Of a stretch of DNA of 64,000 nt, positions 18,827 through 29,692 are shown one piece after another; positions within the stretch are counted from its first letter, which is position 1, and every line of letters begins with the position of its first letter. The notes under the pieces are model-generated. The model was not told the DNA's origin. It saw only the letters and a program-made list of their open reading frames with translations, and did no database searches. The translations under genes and the position numbers were made by a program. The stretch is from Longimicrobiales bacterium (GTDB lineage: Bacteria; Gemmatimonadota; Gemmatimonadetes; Longimicrobiales; Gaopeijiaceae): the NCBI GenBank assembly GCA_965248195.1, contig CBDFIQ010000001.1, positions 1,184,001-1,248,000 of the forward strand, written 5' to 3'.

Positions 18827-20725
18827 ATGACCGGTAGAGACCAATCTCAGGTCCATCGGCAGAGGCGAGTCGGCGCGGATTCAGGTGGGGAGCTCCGGAT
18901 CAACCACAGACTTGTGGTTGGTCTCATGCTCGTGCTCACTGTGTTTGCCCACCTGGAAGTGAAAGCACAGGGAGGGATACAGAGTACCTCCCCGCCGATA
19001 ACACAAACGATGCTGACGAACCCGGACCCGGCGGATTGGCTCATGTGGCGGGGTGGGTACAAGGGTTGGGGGTACAGCCCGCTCGATCAGATAAACCCGG
19101 ACAATGTCAACGAGCTGCGGCTGGTCTGGTCATTCCAGTTCGCACCAGGAAAGCCCGGATCCAGGGGGATGCAGGGCGAGCCGCTCGTGTACGACGGAGT
19201 CATGTATGTCCGTCACCACAACGAGCGGTATACCGCGCACGACGCGACGACGGGGGATGTGATTTGGGGATATGACCGCCAGCTACCCGAGGAAGTCATG
19301 GGCTGGGACGTCAACACTCGCCCCATATGGGGGTTCACTCCACATCGGGGAAGAGGTATGGCCCTCTACGGGGACAAGATCATAGGTCATTCGACGGACG
19401 GGATGCTCTTCGCCTTGGACTCATTCAGGGGGGATCTCCTGTGGGAAACTCGGATGACCGATCTATACCGCGGCCAGCAACCCAGCGGTGCGCCCGTTGT
19501 GTTCGATGGCCTCGTTATCCTGGGCTATGATTGCTCCGCAGATTCCGCGTTGGATCCATGCCACATGTCAGCCTACGATGCCGAAACGGGCCGGAGGATT
19601 TGGCGTTGGTATACCAGTCCCACCCGGGATGATCCAATGCATTATACATGGGGCGACGACCCCCAGGTGTACCCATTGGAAATACGGGAGAACATGTCCC
19701 CCTGGATGACCCCCGCCATCGATACCGAACGCGGACTGGTCATATTCGGTATCGGCTCGAGCGCGCCACAGCAACCCGAGTTGGCCGGAACCGATGGTGA
19801 GTGGCCCGATCGACTGTACCACGGATCGACGGTGGCCCTTGATTACCGAACGGGGGACCTCGTTTGGTGGGCTCAGCACCACACGGATATGTGGAACAAC
19901 GATTCAGTATTCGACCGGATGCTCGTCGATTCCCCGGTGGCTCCCGATCCGCCCGGGGCCCTCGGCGTAAATCCGGACATCACGCCCGGTGAGGTGCGGC
20001 AGCTCGTGGTGGGCTCCTTCTCGAAGGACGGCATCTTCTACGCCTATGACAGGAGCGACGGCACGTTTCTGTATGCGAGGCCGACCGGTTATCAGAACAT
20101 CATCCAGAGTTATGACGGAAGGACCGGGGCCTATACCACCAATCCCGACGCCGTCATGACCGGCGACCCGGACCGTCGAGCTACGGTATGCAAGGACAGC
20201 AGAACTGTGCCTCAGGGCGCCTACAGCCCGCTCACCAATGCCTATTATATCGGGGCATGGAATGGTCGGTGCTCTGTGATTCGGGTTCAATCGGTGCCAC
20301 CTAGAATCGAGGACGGCTACAACACCGCGAATGTGGGCAGGTCCCCCAACCCCGTGCCCCACCTCGGCCAGCCCGAGGCAATCGATGTCTCAACCGGAAA
20401 GACGCTATGGCGCCTGGAGCGCGAGGCACCCCTGTACGGAATGCTGACCACGGGCGGTGGGCTCCTCTTCGCCGCTGACACATTCAGACGTTTTTATGCC
20501 ATCGACCAGTGGACGGGAGAAATCCTGTGGCAGAGCATTCTCAGTGGTGTGAGCGACATGGCGCCCATCACCTACGCGGTAGACGGCCGACAGTACGTGG
20601 CGGTGATTGCGCCCGGGGGTACCTCTGGATCGTCAAGCCACGTCGGCCAGTTGAACGCCCGGTCGCCGATCGGACCGAGAGGTGTTGGTCACACCATGTT
20701 CGTCTTCGCCTTGCCGGAACAGTAG
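18827..20725 (+). CDS. PQQ-binding beta-propeller dehydrogenase-like protein
   Basis: GYSPLDQIN..NV.EL.LVW, AYDAETG..IW, TTGGGLLF, PITYAVDGRQYVAV. Confidence 0.85.
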   Translation: MTGRDQSQVHRQRRVGADSGGELRINHRLVVGLMLVLTVFAHLEVKAQGGIQSTSPPITQTMLTNPDPADWLMWRGGYKGWGYSPLDQINPDNVNELRLVWSFQFAPGKPGSRGMQGEPLVYDGVMYVRHHNERYTAHDATTGDVIWGYDRQLPEEVMGWDVNTRPIWGFTPHRGRGMALYGDKIIGHSTDGMLFALDSFRGDLLWETRMTDLYRGQQPSGAPVVFDGLVILGYDCSADSALDPCHMSAYDAETGRRIWRWYTSPTRDDPMHYTWGDDPQVYPLEIRENMSPWMTPAIDTERGLVIFGIGSSAPQQPELAGTDGEWPDRLYHGSTVALDYRTGDLVWWAQHHTDMWNNDSVFDRMLVDSPVAPDPPGALGVNPDITPGEVRQLVVGSFSKDGIFYAYDRSDGTFLYARPTGYQNIIQSYDGRTGAYTTNPDAVMTGDPDRRATVCKDSRTVPQGAYSPLTNAYYIGAWNGRCSVIRVQSVPPRIEDGYNTANVGRSPNPVPHLGQPEAIDVSTGKTLWRLEREAPLYGMLTTGGGLLFAADTFRRFYAIDQWTGEILWQSILSGVSDMAPITYAVDGRQYVAVIAPGGTSGSSSHVGQLNARSPIGPRGVGHTMFVFALPEQ

Positions 20726-20759
20726 AGGCCCGTTCAACAACAGTAGAGGCCTGTTCAAC
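20718..20759. repeat. 21-bp tandem duplication (x2) overlapping a stop codon
   Basis: aacagtagaggcccgttcaac / aacagtagaggcctgttcaac. Confidence 0.85.
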
Positions 20760-20771
20760 GGTCCTCCTAGG

Positions 20772-23045
20772 TCAGATCCCGAACTGGAAGGTGCGGGAGT
20801 ACTTTAGAAGAATCGTCCGCTCATCGCTCAACGGACGTACGGGATCGAAGGAATTCCGGTCCGTGACAAGGCCCTCGTTCCAGACGATGTAAAGGTCGTT
20901 CCCTTCGCTGGGATTGTAGCGGAAACGAACGTTCGCGATGATCGCCCTGTCGGTGTTGCTGTACTGGACGAACCAGACGGCAGAGGTCTTGGTCGAGAGC
21001 ATCACCTGCGCGCGGAGCCGGACGATATGTGCGGTGAAGCTTTGGTCGCGGCGAGGGAATTCCACATGGTCGAGGCGGTAGTCTGCGGACAGGTTCAAGT
21101 GCGCAGATGGATCCCAGACCGGCCCGAAGGACATGGAGGCCTGTCGTCCGTCGAAGAACCGCCCGCCTTCGACGACTACGTTGGTTCGAAACCGACCACT
21201 CTGGGGCGCCCGGTACCGGAGTCGCACCGTCGCGAAACGGTAGATTCCCGCCGGAACCGAATTGCCGTCCGGTAAGGGGAACGGCGACTCCAGATTCTCG
21301 TAGCGGTACGGTACGGAAAAGTTCACTACGTGTCGGCCCCACGTCTCCAGGATCACCCTCGACTCGATTGCCGCCGTCTCGATGTTCCCATCGTCGTTGC
21401 GGCGGAAGACTTCTCCGTCGAATTGGAGGGCGTAGGTGAACAAGCGCCCTACGAGTCCCGGACGCCACCCGTAACCCAGGTTGGCCTGACCCTTCGTAAA
21501 GTCGTTTCGCCGTAGAAAGCCCATTCCCGGATCGAACAGCTCCCCCGTCCGAGCGAGATCGAGGGCGTAGGTGAGCCCATCCGAGCCCCTACGCTCCCAG
21601 TTCAAGCGGATTATGCCGCGGTCGAGGGGCCCGACCGATCCTGTAGACGGCTCTTGGTCGTCGAAACTCTGGGCCCAGTTGAGGACCAGATAATCGTTCC
21701 CCGCGATCCGGAAGATCGCGTCCGCCCCATAGACGATGTTCCGGCGCCCCCCCGAACCCAACCGGCTGGTCAGGATTCCGCCCACGTACGAGTTCGGGTT
21801 CAGCACGCGGCGGCGGAGGCGCGCGACGCCCAGGTTCTCCGAAGGAAGAGTCTCGGACTCCTCGGTCTGAAGGTTCATGATGCCGACGTCCCATTCTCCC
21901 ACCCGCCCCACCAGACGACCTCCACCGTAGATCCGGACCGGCTCGCCATCGGCTAACCCGACGGTGCGGGAGTGGAATAGTCGGTCCTGCCCTCCGAGCG
22001 GGTACTCGAAGTTCGACGCTCGCTCCTGGAAGAAGCGTCTTTTCTCGGGGAAGAAGAGTGAGAAACGGGTGAGGTTCACCTGCTGATCGTCAGCCTCCAC
22101 CTGTGCAAAGTCGGTGTTCGCCGTAACTTGCAGGGTGAGGTTGGAGGTGAGGCCGTAGCGCACGTCGAGGCCCCCTTCCTCCACCCGATCTGTGCTGCGG
22201 TCGAAGCCCGTTCCGAGTCCGTTGAGGACCTGGGAATGACCGCCGCCAGCGAGAACGTACGGGGTGATGTAGACCGGCTTACCCTGCCCCTCCACCCCTT
22301 CTAGTATGATCTTCCGCATCTGTGACGGTTTAGCAAACGCGGAGGTGCCCAGATCGGGCGGGATCGCCGGATGGACGTGTCGCTCGTTCTTTCGGGCGAT
22401 GTTGCGTAGCATCGACACACCCATGACCACCCGTCCGTCGATCGCCTGAAAGAGGACGCTGGAAAAGGGGATCCGCATCTCGGCGTACCATCCGCGCTCG
22501 TCCCTGAACACTGCTACGTCCCAGAAGGCGTCCCAACTCGCGTTGCTGCTTCCCTCGCCATCGTTCGAGCGGTGTGAGTCGGTACGATTTCCCGCCGGAG
22601 ACGTCTTGAATTGCAGCGCGTTCTCTTCGTCATTGAGGGTGTCGATATAGATGGAGCAAAAATCGCTTCTGAAGGATCTCTCGTCCCGTTGGAATGAATA
22701 CATGTGGATGCCGTCGGGGTCCGAGTCATACGCCTGACACGAGAAGTACAAGTACTTGGCATCGTAGGCGAGGCGGAATTCGGTCCGCTCGGAGGGCGGC
22801 GCGCCGAACGTGGGCAAATGCATGGTAGTGGGAAGGGGCTCGATGGCCTGCCAGGCGGGCTCGTCCATCCTTCCGTCCAGGACGATGGCTCCTTCGATGC
22901 GGGGGACGTAGTACGGGGACTCGCCCGACCTCGCAGAAGCCAGCTGCTGGGCGCCCGCGGGCAAGACGGTGATCGCCCAGATCAGCGCGAACCCTCCAAC
23001 GCCGGGGAGCACGTTCCTCCGAGCAAAGGGGCGCAGGGCTATCAA
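20772..23045 (-). CDS. CBM9-like + DUF5916 outer-membrane protein
   Basis: LDGRMDEPAW, GWYAEMRIPFS, NTDFAQVEAD..QVNLTRFSLFFPEKRRFFQE. Confidence 0.85.
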   Translation of the reverse strand: MIALRPFARRNVLPGVGGFALIWAITVLPAGAQQLASARSGESPYYVPRIEGAIVLDGRMDEPAWQAIEPLPTTMHLPTFGAPPSERTEFRLAYDAKYLYFSCQAYDSDPDGIHMYSFQRDERSFRSDFCSIYIDTLNDEENALQFKTSPAGNRTDSHRSNDGEGSSNASWDAFWDVAVFRDERGWYAEMRIPFSSVLFQAIDGRVVMGVSMLRNIARKNERHVHPAIPPDLGTSAFAKPSQMRKIILEGVEGQGKPVYITPYVLAGGGHSQVLNGLGTGFDRSTDRVEEGGLDVRYGLTSNLTLQVTANTDFAQVEADDQQVNLTRFSLFFPEKRRFFQERASNFEYPLGGQDRLFHSRTVGLADGEPVRIYGGGRLVGRVGEWDVGIMNLQTEESETLPSENLGVARLRRRVLNPNSYVGGILTSRLGSGGRRNIVYGADAIFRIAGNDYLVLNWAQSFDDQEPSTGSVGPLDRGIIRLNWERRGSDGLTYALDLARTGELFDPGMGFLRRNDFTKGQANLGYGWRPGLVGRLFTYALQFDGEVFRRNDDGNIETAAIESRVILETWGRHVVNFSVPYRYENLESPFPLPDGNSVPAGIYRFATVRLRYRAPQSGRFRTNVVVEGGRFFDGRQASMSFGPVWDPSAHLNLSADYRLDHVEFPRRDQSFTAHIVRLRAQVMLSTKTSAVWFVQYSNTDRAIIANVRFRYNPSEGNDLYIVWNEGLVTDRNSFDPVRPLSDERTILLKYSRTFQFGI

Positions 23046-23281
23046 GGGGAGCCTGCCGGAGGAATGAGCGGGTGGGTAACCATGAGCCCGACAAGCTGCG
23101 GGCTGGCAAGGGGCTCTGCAACTTCTGTGGGCTACCGCAGAGCCTCTTGGGCTCGAGCCGCTGATCTGCTAGACGATGCGATTGGCGGAACCTATGATAT
23201 GGGAGTCCGGAGCCTCATACGGGAGTCTGGAGCCGACGAGGAACTTCGGAGAATAAACGTGCAAACACACTGGAGGTTTCT

Positions 23282-23875
23282 ATGAAACGCTCGTTCGCAG
23301 TCACTCTAGGGCTTTTGCTGCTCGGCCTCGTGAGTATCTCATTTCCGTCTTCGGCGTCCGGCCAGGAGGCCGGATGGTCGACCCTGTTTGACGGTTCTCT
23401 TCTCGACGGCTGGAAAGTTGTCGGCGGTGCCAACTGGGAGGTGGCTGACGGCGCCGTTTCGGCCGACAGCGGCAGCGGGTTTCTCGTATCAGGGGCGTCG
23501 TATGGGGATTTCGAGCTGACGTTGGAATTCTGGGTCGATGAGCCCGCCAACAGTGGCATCTTCATTCGCTGTGCGGATCCCGAAGACATTCGCGATACCA
23601 ACTGCTATGAGGTCAATATCTACGATACGCGGGCCGACCAGACCTACAGAACCGGAGGAATCGTGCACGTGGCAGCGCCGGCTAGCGTCATCAATACCGG
23701 GGGCCAATGGAACAGTTATGAAATCAGGGCCCAGGGCTCACGGCTGGTCGTGGCACTGAACGGCACCCAGACTGTCGACGTCACACACGATCAATTTGCC
23801 CGCGGCCCTATCGCACTTCAATACGGCGCGGGTACGGTGAGGTTTCGTAACGTCCAGATTCGCCAGCTCGATTAG
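23282..23875 (+). CDS. DUF1080 (3-keto-disaccharide hydrolase-like) secreted protein
   Basis: LFDG.LDGW, DFEL.LEF, NSGIFIR, YEVNI, WNSYEI, GPIALQ, FRNVQIR. Confidence 0.88.
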   Translation: MKRSFAVTLGLLLLGLVSISFPSSASGQEAGWSTLFDGSLLDGWKVVGGANWEVADGAVSADSGSGFLVSGASYGDFELTLEFWVDEPANSGIFIRCADPEDIRDTNCYEVNIYDTRADQTYRTGGIVHVAAPASVINTGGQWNSYEIRAQGSRLVVALNGTQTVDVTHDQFARGPIALQYGAGTVRFRNVQIRQLD

Positions 23876-24059
23876 AAACACGATCTGAAGAGGTCCGCAT
23901 GCACCGGCCGACTCAAGCGCCCCGGGGAGGCCCAGTGCGCCGCAGCATATGGCCAGCGCCCGTCGGAAACCATACGTTCACAGCCTAATCGCCCTCGGAC
24001 ATAAACGAACCGACTTTCCGATCCTCATCGAGTTCACGAAGGAAAAGGAGGATAGCAGC

Positions 24060-25712
24060 GTGGGAAAAGAGAAGAAGAGCCATGGAGCGCTCGACCGGAG
24101 AGAATTCCTAAAGAAGGGTGCTGCCATCGGTGTTGCTGCGCCCGCGCTGGGCGCGCTCGACGCCAGAGAGCTGGAGGCACAGCAGGCCTGGGATAGGGAG
24201 GTCGACTTTGTCACGATCGGGGCGGGCACTTCGGGACTTGCGGCCGCGGTTTCTGCGCTCGATAACGGGGCGTCGGTGATCATACTGGAGGCGAACTACG
24301 ACATCGGCGGCCATGGATTGGTCAGCGGGGGAAACGTGCACCTCGGCGGCGGTAACAGTAGACAGCGGAAATTCGGGATTGAGGATTCTGCGGACATGGT
24401 CTATGCGGACTGGGTTCGCCACGACCACCGTGACAGCCGCTACAGCGACCGGGACCTGGTGCGTGCCTTCGCCGACGAGAACGCGGAGGCCTTCGAGTTC
24501 CTGATAGAAAACGGAGTCCAGTTTCAAGACCATGCCACGGGTCCGCAGGCCGCGTCCACGGTTAGGAGACAGGGGCGAACCGTGCAGTGGCCGATCGCTA
24601 GCGAGCGTGTCACGCACCACGTGACCCGGGTGGGCTCGGGCCTGGTCCGGGCGCTGGAGAAGAGCGCCAGAGCGAAAGGCGCCGAGATCCTCTTGGAGCA
24701 CAAGATGACGCGGATCATCCGCGAGAACCAGTCCTCCGGGAGGGTGTTGGGCGTGTCCGCCGAGCACCGGGGCACGACCGTGAACATCCGTGCTCTGAAG
24801 GGCGTCTTGGTCGCTACAGGAGGGAGCTCCAGTAATGTCACTTTGCGCCGGACGTTCGACCCGAGGCTAACTGAGGAGTATCAGGTGGCGGGTGAGCCTT
24901 GGTCCAAACAGACCGGTGACGGGGAGCTCGCGGCGATGGCGATTGGAGCAGCGCTCTGGGCGACCGCGAATCAGACCAAGGAGTCAGGCAACTATATGTC
25001 GAAGACCCGCTACATAGGGTGCAAGTGGGGCTACTCCAGCCTCATCTGGCAGCCCGATAGCCCGCTCTTCGACCGCGCACGCGCTTCAGGACTTACGATC
25101 CTCGATTGGCAAGACGCAATCCTGGTGAACCAGACCGGCCGGAGATTCTACAACGAACTGGAAGGGGGGTATGAGTACTTCGCTGCATGCCTCCAGGACC
25201 ACGGGGACACTAAGAAGAGGAACGGAGGGGGTCCGATCTGGGCCATCTTTGATGCCGATGCCGTGGAGCGGGAGGACTGGGATCCGAACCCGCCGTTTGT
25301 TGATCTGGATGGTTACTTCTTCAGCGGAGACACACCAGCGGAGCTCGCCCGTAACATCGACAACGAATACCAATCGGGTCCAATGCCGCCTGATGCACTC
25401 GAGGAAACGGTCGCCAGATACAATAGCTTCGTGGATGCGGGAAGGGATTCGGACTTCGGCAAAGAGCCCATGCACAAGATCCAGACACCCCCGTTCTACG
25501 CCGCCTGGTCCACCCCGATCCTCCACGATACCCTGACCGGTCTTCGGACCAACGCGAGGGCGCAGGTGATGGACTATCACGGGCAGGTCATTCCCGGCCT
25601 CTACTGCTCCGGTGAGTCGCAGGGTGGATTCGCTCAGCACGGCCTGGGCCGGTGCATCGTGTTCGGTCGCATCGCGGGGAGACACGCCGCTTTGAACGGA
25701 GGTGAAGCCTGA
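24060..25712 (+). CDS. Tat-exported FAD-dependent oxidoreductase (fumarate reductase flavoprotein / ketosteroid dehydrogenase-like)
   Basis: LDRREFLKK; IGAGTSGLAAA; LVATGG; TGDG; VNQTGRRF.NE; IPGLYCSGE. Confidence 0.85.
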   Translation: MGKEKKSHGALDRREFLKKGAAIGVAAPALGALDARELEAQQAWDREVDFVTIGAGTSGLAAAVSALDNGASVIILEANYDIGGHGLVSGGNVHLGGGNSRQRKFGIEDSADMVYADWVRHDHRDSRYSDRDLVRAFADENAEAFEFLIENGVQFQDHATGPQAASTVRRQGRTVQWPIASERVTHHVTRVGSGLVRALEKSARAKGAEILLEHKMTRIIRENQSSGRVLGVSAEHRGTTVNIRALKGVLVATGGSSSNVTLRRTFDPRLTEEYQVAGEPWSKQTGDGELAAMAIGAALWATANQTKESGNYMSKTRYIGCKWGYSSLIWQPDSPLFDRARASGLTILDWQDAILVNQTGRRFYNELEGGYEYFAACLQDHGDTKKRNGGGPIWAIFDADAVEREDWDPNPPFVDLDGYFFSGDTPAELARNIDNEYQSGPMPPDALEETVARYNSFVDAGRDSDFGKEPMHKIQTPPFYAAWSTPILHDTLTGLRTNARAQVMDYHGQVIPGLYCSGESQGGFAQHGLGRCIVFGRIAGRHAALNGGEA

Positions 25713-25758
25713 TTTCCTGGCAGCGGGCGGGACCCTAGAGCCCGAGGGCTCGTTCTAC

Positions 25759-25796
25759 TTCTTTTGGGCCTGTCCATTTCTTTTGGGCCTGTCCAT
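25759..25796. repeat. 19-bp perfect tandem duplication between convergent genes
   Basis: ttcttttgggcctgtccat x2. Confidence 0.85.
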
Positions 25797-25831
25797 GCCA
25801 GAGACACGTTCGCCTCAAATCGAGCAGCCCG

Positions 25832-26563
25832 TTACCACCCACCTCCTGGGTACGCCTGGGGCTCCCACCAGGGGACGTCCGGCCGATGAGACCAGAGAAT
25901 CCTCATGATGAGAGATTCGGGCTCGTCGATTACGGCCTCTAGCAGAGCGGACGCCGCCGCCGCGGTCATAGGCCCTGGATCCTGGCCGGCCAGAGCTTCG
26001 CGTTCGCCCTCGACAGCCCCCCGACGCGGCGCGGAAACGATGGCGCCTTCCGTATCCTCCGACTCGTCCCCCGAGTCGGAACCCGAACCGGGGGCCTCGT
26101 CCTCGGGCCGATCCAGCGCGTCGAGCCAGTCCTGCGCCAGGGCCAGATTCCAGCGGGCGCTCTCGTCGGCGGGATCGAGGCGAAGGGCCAGCCGATTGCT
26201 CGCGACCGCTGCCATCAGGGCACTCATGGTAGCGTCGAGCTCCATGGGGTTCTGGACTGCCGTAAGGAAGCGGTATCCGAGATTGTAAAGGGCCCTTTGA
26301 GCGGTCGTACGATCCTCCCCTTCCGCCACCCGGACAAGGTAGGCCTGCGCGGAGTCCGCATCGATCTCGAGGAGGGCCGTACCCAAGTTGTATTCCACCG
26401 TCGGGAGCCCATCACCGGCACGCTCGGAACCCCGATAGAGCTCCACCGCCCCCCGGGAATCGCCGGCCCGGTAGAGCCGATTGCCACGCTCGAGGCTGTG
26501 TTGATCCTGCCAGAGCAGAAAAGGCACCAGGACGATCGTGGCCACCAAGACGTATTTCGTCAT
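25832..26563 (-). CDS. BatC-like TPR protein
   Basis: GNRLY..G, YNLG, ALRLDP.D..ARWNLALA; ATGA overlap with upstream VWA gene. Confidence 0.7.
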   Translation of the reverse strand: MTKYVLVATIVLVPFLLWQDQHSLERGNRLYRAGDSRGAVELYRGSERAGDGLPTVEYNLGTALLEIDADSAQAYLVRVAEGEDRTTAQRALYNLGYRFLTAVQNPMELDATMSALMAAVASNRLALRLDPADESARWNLALAQDWLDALDRPEDEAPGSGSDSGDESEDTEGAIVSAPRRGAVEGEREALAGQDPGPMTAAAASALLEAVIDEPESLIMRILWSHRPDVPWWEPQAYPGGGW

Positions 26564-27684
26564 GCCGATTTCCCCCATGCCCATTCCCGCATACGCGAAG
26601 ACCAACGCTCAGGCAGGGTCATATCGAGCAAGCTCTCAATCAGAATGAGGACGAGCGCCCCCAGGCCCAGAAGGAAGGGGAGGTCGTAACGCGCCCACCC
26701 AGGAGTCTCGTCGTCGGCATTCTGTTCCGGGCTCAATCCCGATGCCTGCAGCTCTCCCGTGAGCGCCCGGAGTTGGACCCCGCTTCCGGCGTTCGCATAC
26801 CGGCCGCCGCCGGCGGCCGCCAAGTCACGAAGGGGCGGCTCCCGAAGCTGGGAGGTGCTGGGGGCCCCGGTCACGTCCAGAACCGGGCCGCCGAACTGGT
26901 ACGCGCTGGCGGGCATGATCATGCCCGCACCTTGCTCCGTACCAACACCGATCGTGTGAATCCCGATCCCGGCTTCCAGGGCCATCTCGACCGCTCGCGA
27001 CACGTCCTCGTCGTTCTCGCGTGCCTCGCCGTCGGTGAGCAGCACGATGAACCGCTCCCCCTCCCGCTCCTGAGCCACCGCATCGGTGCCGACCGCCGGC
27101 CCGCTCGTCTCGACAGCCAGAGGCACTAGGCGCTCGAGGAGCGAGACCGCCTCTCCGATTCCAGCCGACAGGAGCGACCCCGGGTCGTACGCACTCGCCA
27201 TCGTCGGCGTCACACCCTCCAGGAGAAAACGAAGGGCCCGGTGGTCGTGGGTAGGTGGAGCGATGGAATATCCAGTCCCCGCGAAGAGAATGAGCCCCAC
27301 CCGGTGATCTTCGAGGGCCTCGAGCAACTCGCCCGCGACTTCCACGGCCCGCGCTAGCCTGGTTGGAGTCACATCGGCTGCCTGCATCGACGCCGATACG
27401 TCGATCCCCAGAATCACGCTGTTCACCGGTGGCAGCTCGGGAGATCCCGACCAGTGCGGCTCCGCGGCTGCGGCGGCGAGTGCCAATCCGCCGATCCCCA
27501 GCAGAAGAGCCCGTTCAACCCGGAGCCGGTACAGGTCGGACCGAGAGAGCCGATGGACCGCCCGTTGTCCACCGATGAAATCGGCCAGCTGGCGTCGGCG
27601 CCCCGCGTGGCTCCAGAGACCGACGAGGACGAGTGCGGTCAGCCCCACTCCGACCTGGAGGAACCACGGATCCAGAAACGTCAT
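26560..27684 (-). CDS. BatB-like VWA domain membrane protein
   Basis: MIDAS DVSASM, PTRL, VLLTDGE, HTIGVGT. Confidence 0.85.
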   Translation of the reverse strand: MTFLDPWFLQVGVGLTALVLVGLWSHAGRRRQLADFIGGQRAVHRLSRSDLYRLRVERALLLGIGGLALAAAAAEPHWSGSPELPPVNSVILGIDVSASMQAADVTPTRLARAVEVAGELLEALEDHRVGLILFAGTGYSIAPPTHDHRALRFLLEGVTPTMASAYDPGSLLSAGIGEAVSLLERLVPLAVETSGPAVGTDAVAQEREGERFIVLLTDGEARENDEDVSRAVEMALEAGIGIHTIGVGTEQGAGMIMPASAYQFGGPVLDVTGAPSTSQLREPPLRDLAAAGGGRYANAGSGVQLRALTGELQASGLSPEQNADDETPGWARYDLPFLLGLGALVLILIESLLDMTLPERWSSRMREWAWGKSA

Positions 27685-28676
27685 GGGACCAGCCCCCATC
27701 GAGATCCACGGAGCAAAAGTTGCGCCGCCAACAGGCCCAAGCCCAAGAAGAAGAACCAGTGGCGGACGGAGTAAGACACGTCCCGCTCGACGAGCCGCTG
27801 GACCTGTGGTTCGATCTGGTCGATCACACGGTAGATCGAATCGAGCGCAACCGGGTTCGACGCGCGGAAGTACTGTCCGCCGGTCAGGCCCGCCAGGCCC
27901 TGGAGCACAGTCTCCCTCTCCGCATCCGACTCCGCGACGACTCGCCGTCTCATCGTAGCGCCGGGGGCGAGAGGTGCGTCTTCCGGTGAGAGAATGCTGA
28001 TGGAATGGATCCGGACGCCCAGGGCTGCAGCAGCACGGGCTGTCGCAAGGGGAGGCAACTCGATGCCGTTGTGGGCGCCATCCGTCAGTAGCACCACGAC
28101 CCTGGGTTCGCGATCGGACTTGAGGAGCCGCGAGATCGTTGTCAGGACGGCGCCCGAAATATTGGTGCCGTCGCGAACGAGTTGTACCTCCAGCGACTCG
28201 ACACCCTGAGCCACCAATTCGGGATCCGTGGTGGCTGCGACCCTCGTGACGGCCTCCATCCCGAAGCCGATTAGGCTCATCTCATCGTAGGGACGCCCTC
28301 GGGCGAAGCGAACGGCCGCCTCTCGAGCCATGGCAATCCGACTGATTCCGTCGCCCATGTCCGCGGCCAACATCGAGCTGGAGAGGTCGACGACCAACCC
28401 CAGACCTATTCCCTGCGTGGCAAACTCCTCAACCGTTTCGACTCGATCGGGTCCCGCGAGCGCTACCACTAAACACGCCAAAGACGCCGCTCTCAGGATC
28501 GGTTGTGCGATGCGGATCACGACCGCTCGCAGGCTAGGCCATCGTGTCGGTCCCCGCACGGGATCCCCATGCGTATACAGGACGCCCCGCCCCGCTCTCG
28601 GCCAGACGAGCAGTCCCCACAGGGGGAGCAGCCAGAGGAGATAGAGAAGTTCGGGGCGAGCGAACTCGATCCGCAT
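27681..28676 (-). CDS. BatA-like VWA domain protein
   Basis: FARPELL N-terminus, DLSSSM, LLTDG; TGATG coupling. Confidence 0.85.
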   Translation of the reverse strand: MRIEFARPELLYLLWLLPLWGLLVWPRAGRGVLYTHGDPVRGPTRWPSLRAVVIRIAQPILRAASLACLVVALAGPDRVETVEEFATQGIGLGLVVDLSSSMLAADMGDGISRIAMAREAAVRFARGRPYDEMSLIGFGMEAVTRVAATTDPELVAQGVESLEVQLVRDGTNISGAVLTTISRLLKSDREPRVVVLLTDGAHNGIELPPLATARAAAALGVRIHSISILSPEDAPLAPGATMRRRVVAESDAERETVLQGLAGLTGGQYFRASNPVALDSIYRVIDQIEPQVQRLVERDVSYSVRHWFFFLGLGLLAAQLLLRGSRWGLVP

Positions 28677-29692
28677 CAGTCTTGTGCCATGCCTTCGATC
28701 CAGTCGCGAATCGTCATCCAGTGGCCTTCCGCGGTTTCGGCCTCCGAGCCGTACCCTCCAAACTTCACCCGCTCGGCTACCGATACCGCCGAGCCGAGGT
28801 CCTCTACGGAGTTGGAACCCCAACGGCCCTGGAGCCTCGCCAGCAATTCGCTGCTCGTCAGGGCGATACCCCAATCCGCTTCCTCCTGCTCCGAGAAACG
28901 ACGGAGCACGCCGGTCGAAGCGTCGTAGAACTCGACCATGCGGCCCTCGGTATGCCAACCCAGACCCCGAATCCGCTCGAGCTCGCGAAGCGCCTCACCT
29001 CGCGGAGAGCGATCTCGCCCGTTTAGTTGGGCGTCGCTTCGCGTCGCCAGCCGCAGTCGGAAAATGAGGAGCAAGGCCAAGCTCACACCGCCGATGGCGG
29101 TAACGACTGCCGAGAGGAACCAGATGCTCCACTGGCCACCGAGCACATCCGCCGCCGGACGGGGGAAGAGATCGGCGGTCGCCTGGGCCATCTCCGAGAG
29201 CGGAATGATCAGGGTAGCCCCGACCGAAATCAGGCTTGGCTGGAGTTCGTCGCCGAGCACCGGCCCCACGTCCACCAAATCACCTACCGGCCTCGCACCG
29301 CCCACCTCACCAGGCCCCGCGGGCCGGGTCCATAACTCCAGCGACGGCAGTTCTACGACACCGCTCAGGAACCCCATGACCGGATAACTCGCTTGGATAT
29401 CCACGGAGTCGGCTGGGCCGGACGTCTCACTCCAGTCCCCCGACCCTGCGCTGGCCGAGGCCTCGACCGGAACCAGCGTGTCCGGAAGGAACGCGACAAC
29501 CCCCGGTCCGATCCTGACGGTGATTCGGAGGTCGAACACCTGCCCGAACTCCGGCCCCTCGGGCTCCACCGTGAACCCGACAAGTCGGGCCTCAATGGGT
29601 AGGTCCAGGGACTGCGCTCGAGCCCCGCCCGTAGCCACGGTCGCGGATAAGGCGAGGAAGAGAATCGCGGCCTTCGTTAGCGTGGAGCTCAT
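28676..29692 (-). CDS. Bat-operon membrane-anchored protein (BatD/DUF4381-like)
   Basis: Signal peptide, one TM segment, ALRELER..FYD..LRRF..TSSEL..VKFG; operon position. Confidence 0.6.
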   Translation of the reverse strand: MSSTLTKAAILFLALSATVATGGARAQSLDLPIEARLVGFTVEPEGPEFGQVFDLRITVRIGPGVVAFLPDTLVPVEASASAGSGDWSETSGPADSVDIQASYPVMGFLSGVVELPSLELWTRPAGPGEVGGARPVGDLVDVGPVLGDELQPSLISVGATLIIPLSEMAQATADLFPRPAADVLGGQWSIWFLSAVVTAIGGVSLALLLIFRLRLATRSDAQLNGRDRSPRGEALRELERIRGLGWHTEGRMVEFYDASTGVLRRFSEQEEADWGIALTSSELLARLQGRWGSNSVEDLGSAVSVAERVKFGGYGSEAETAEGHWMTIRDWIEGMAQD

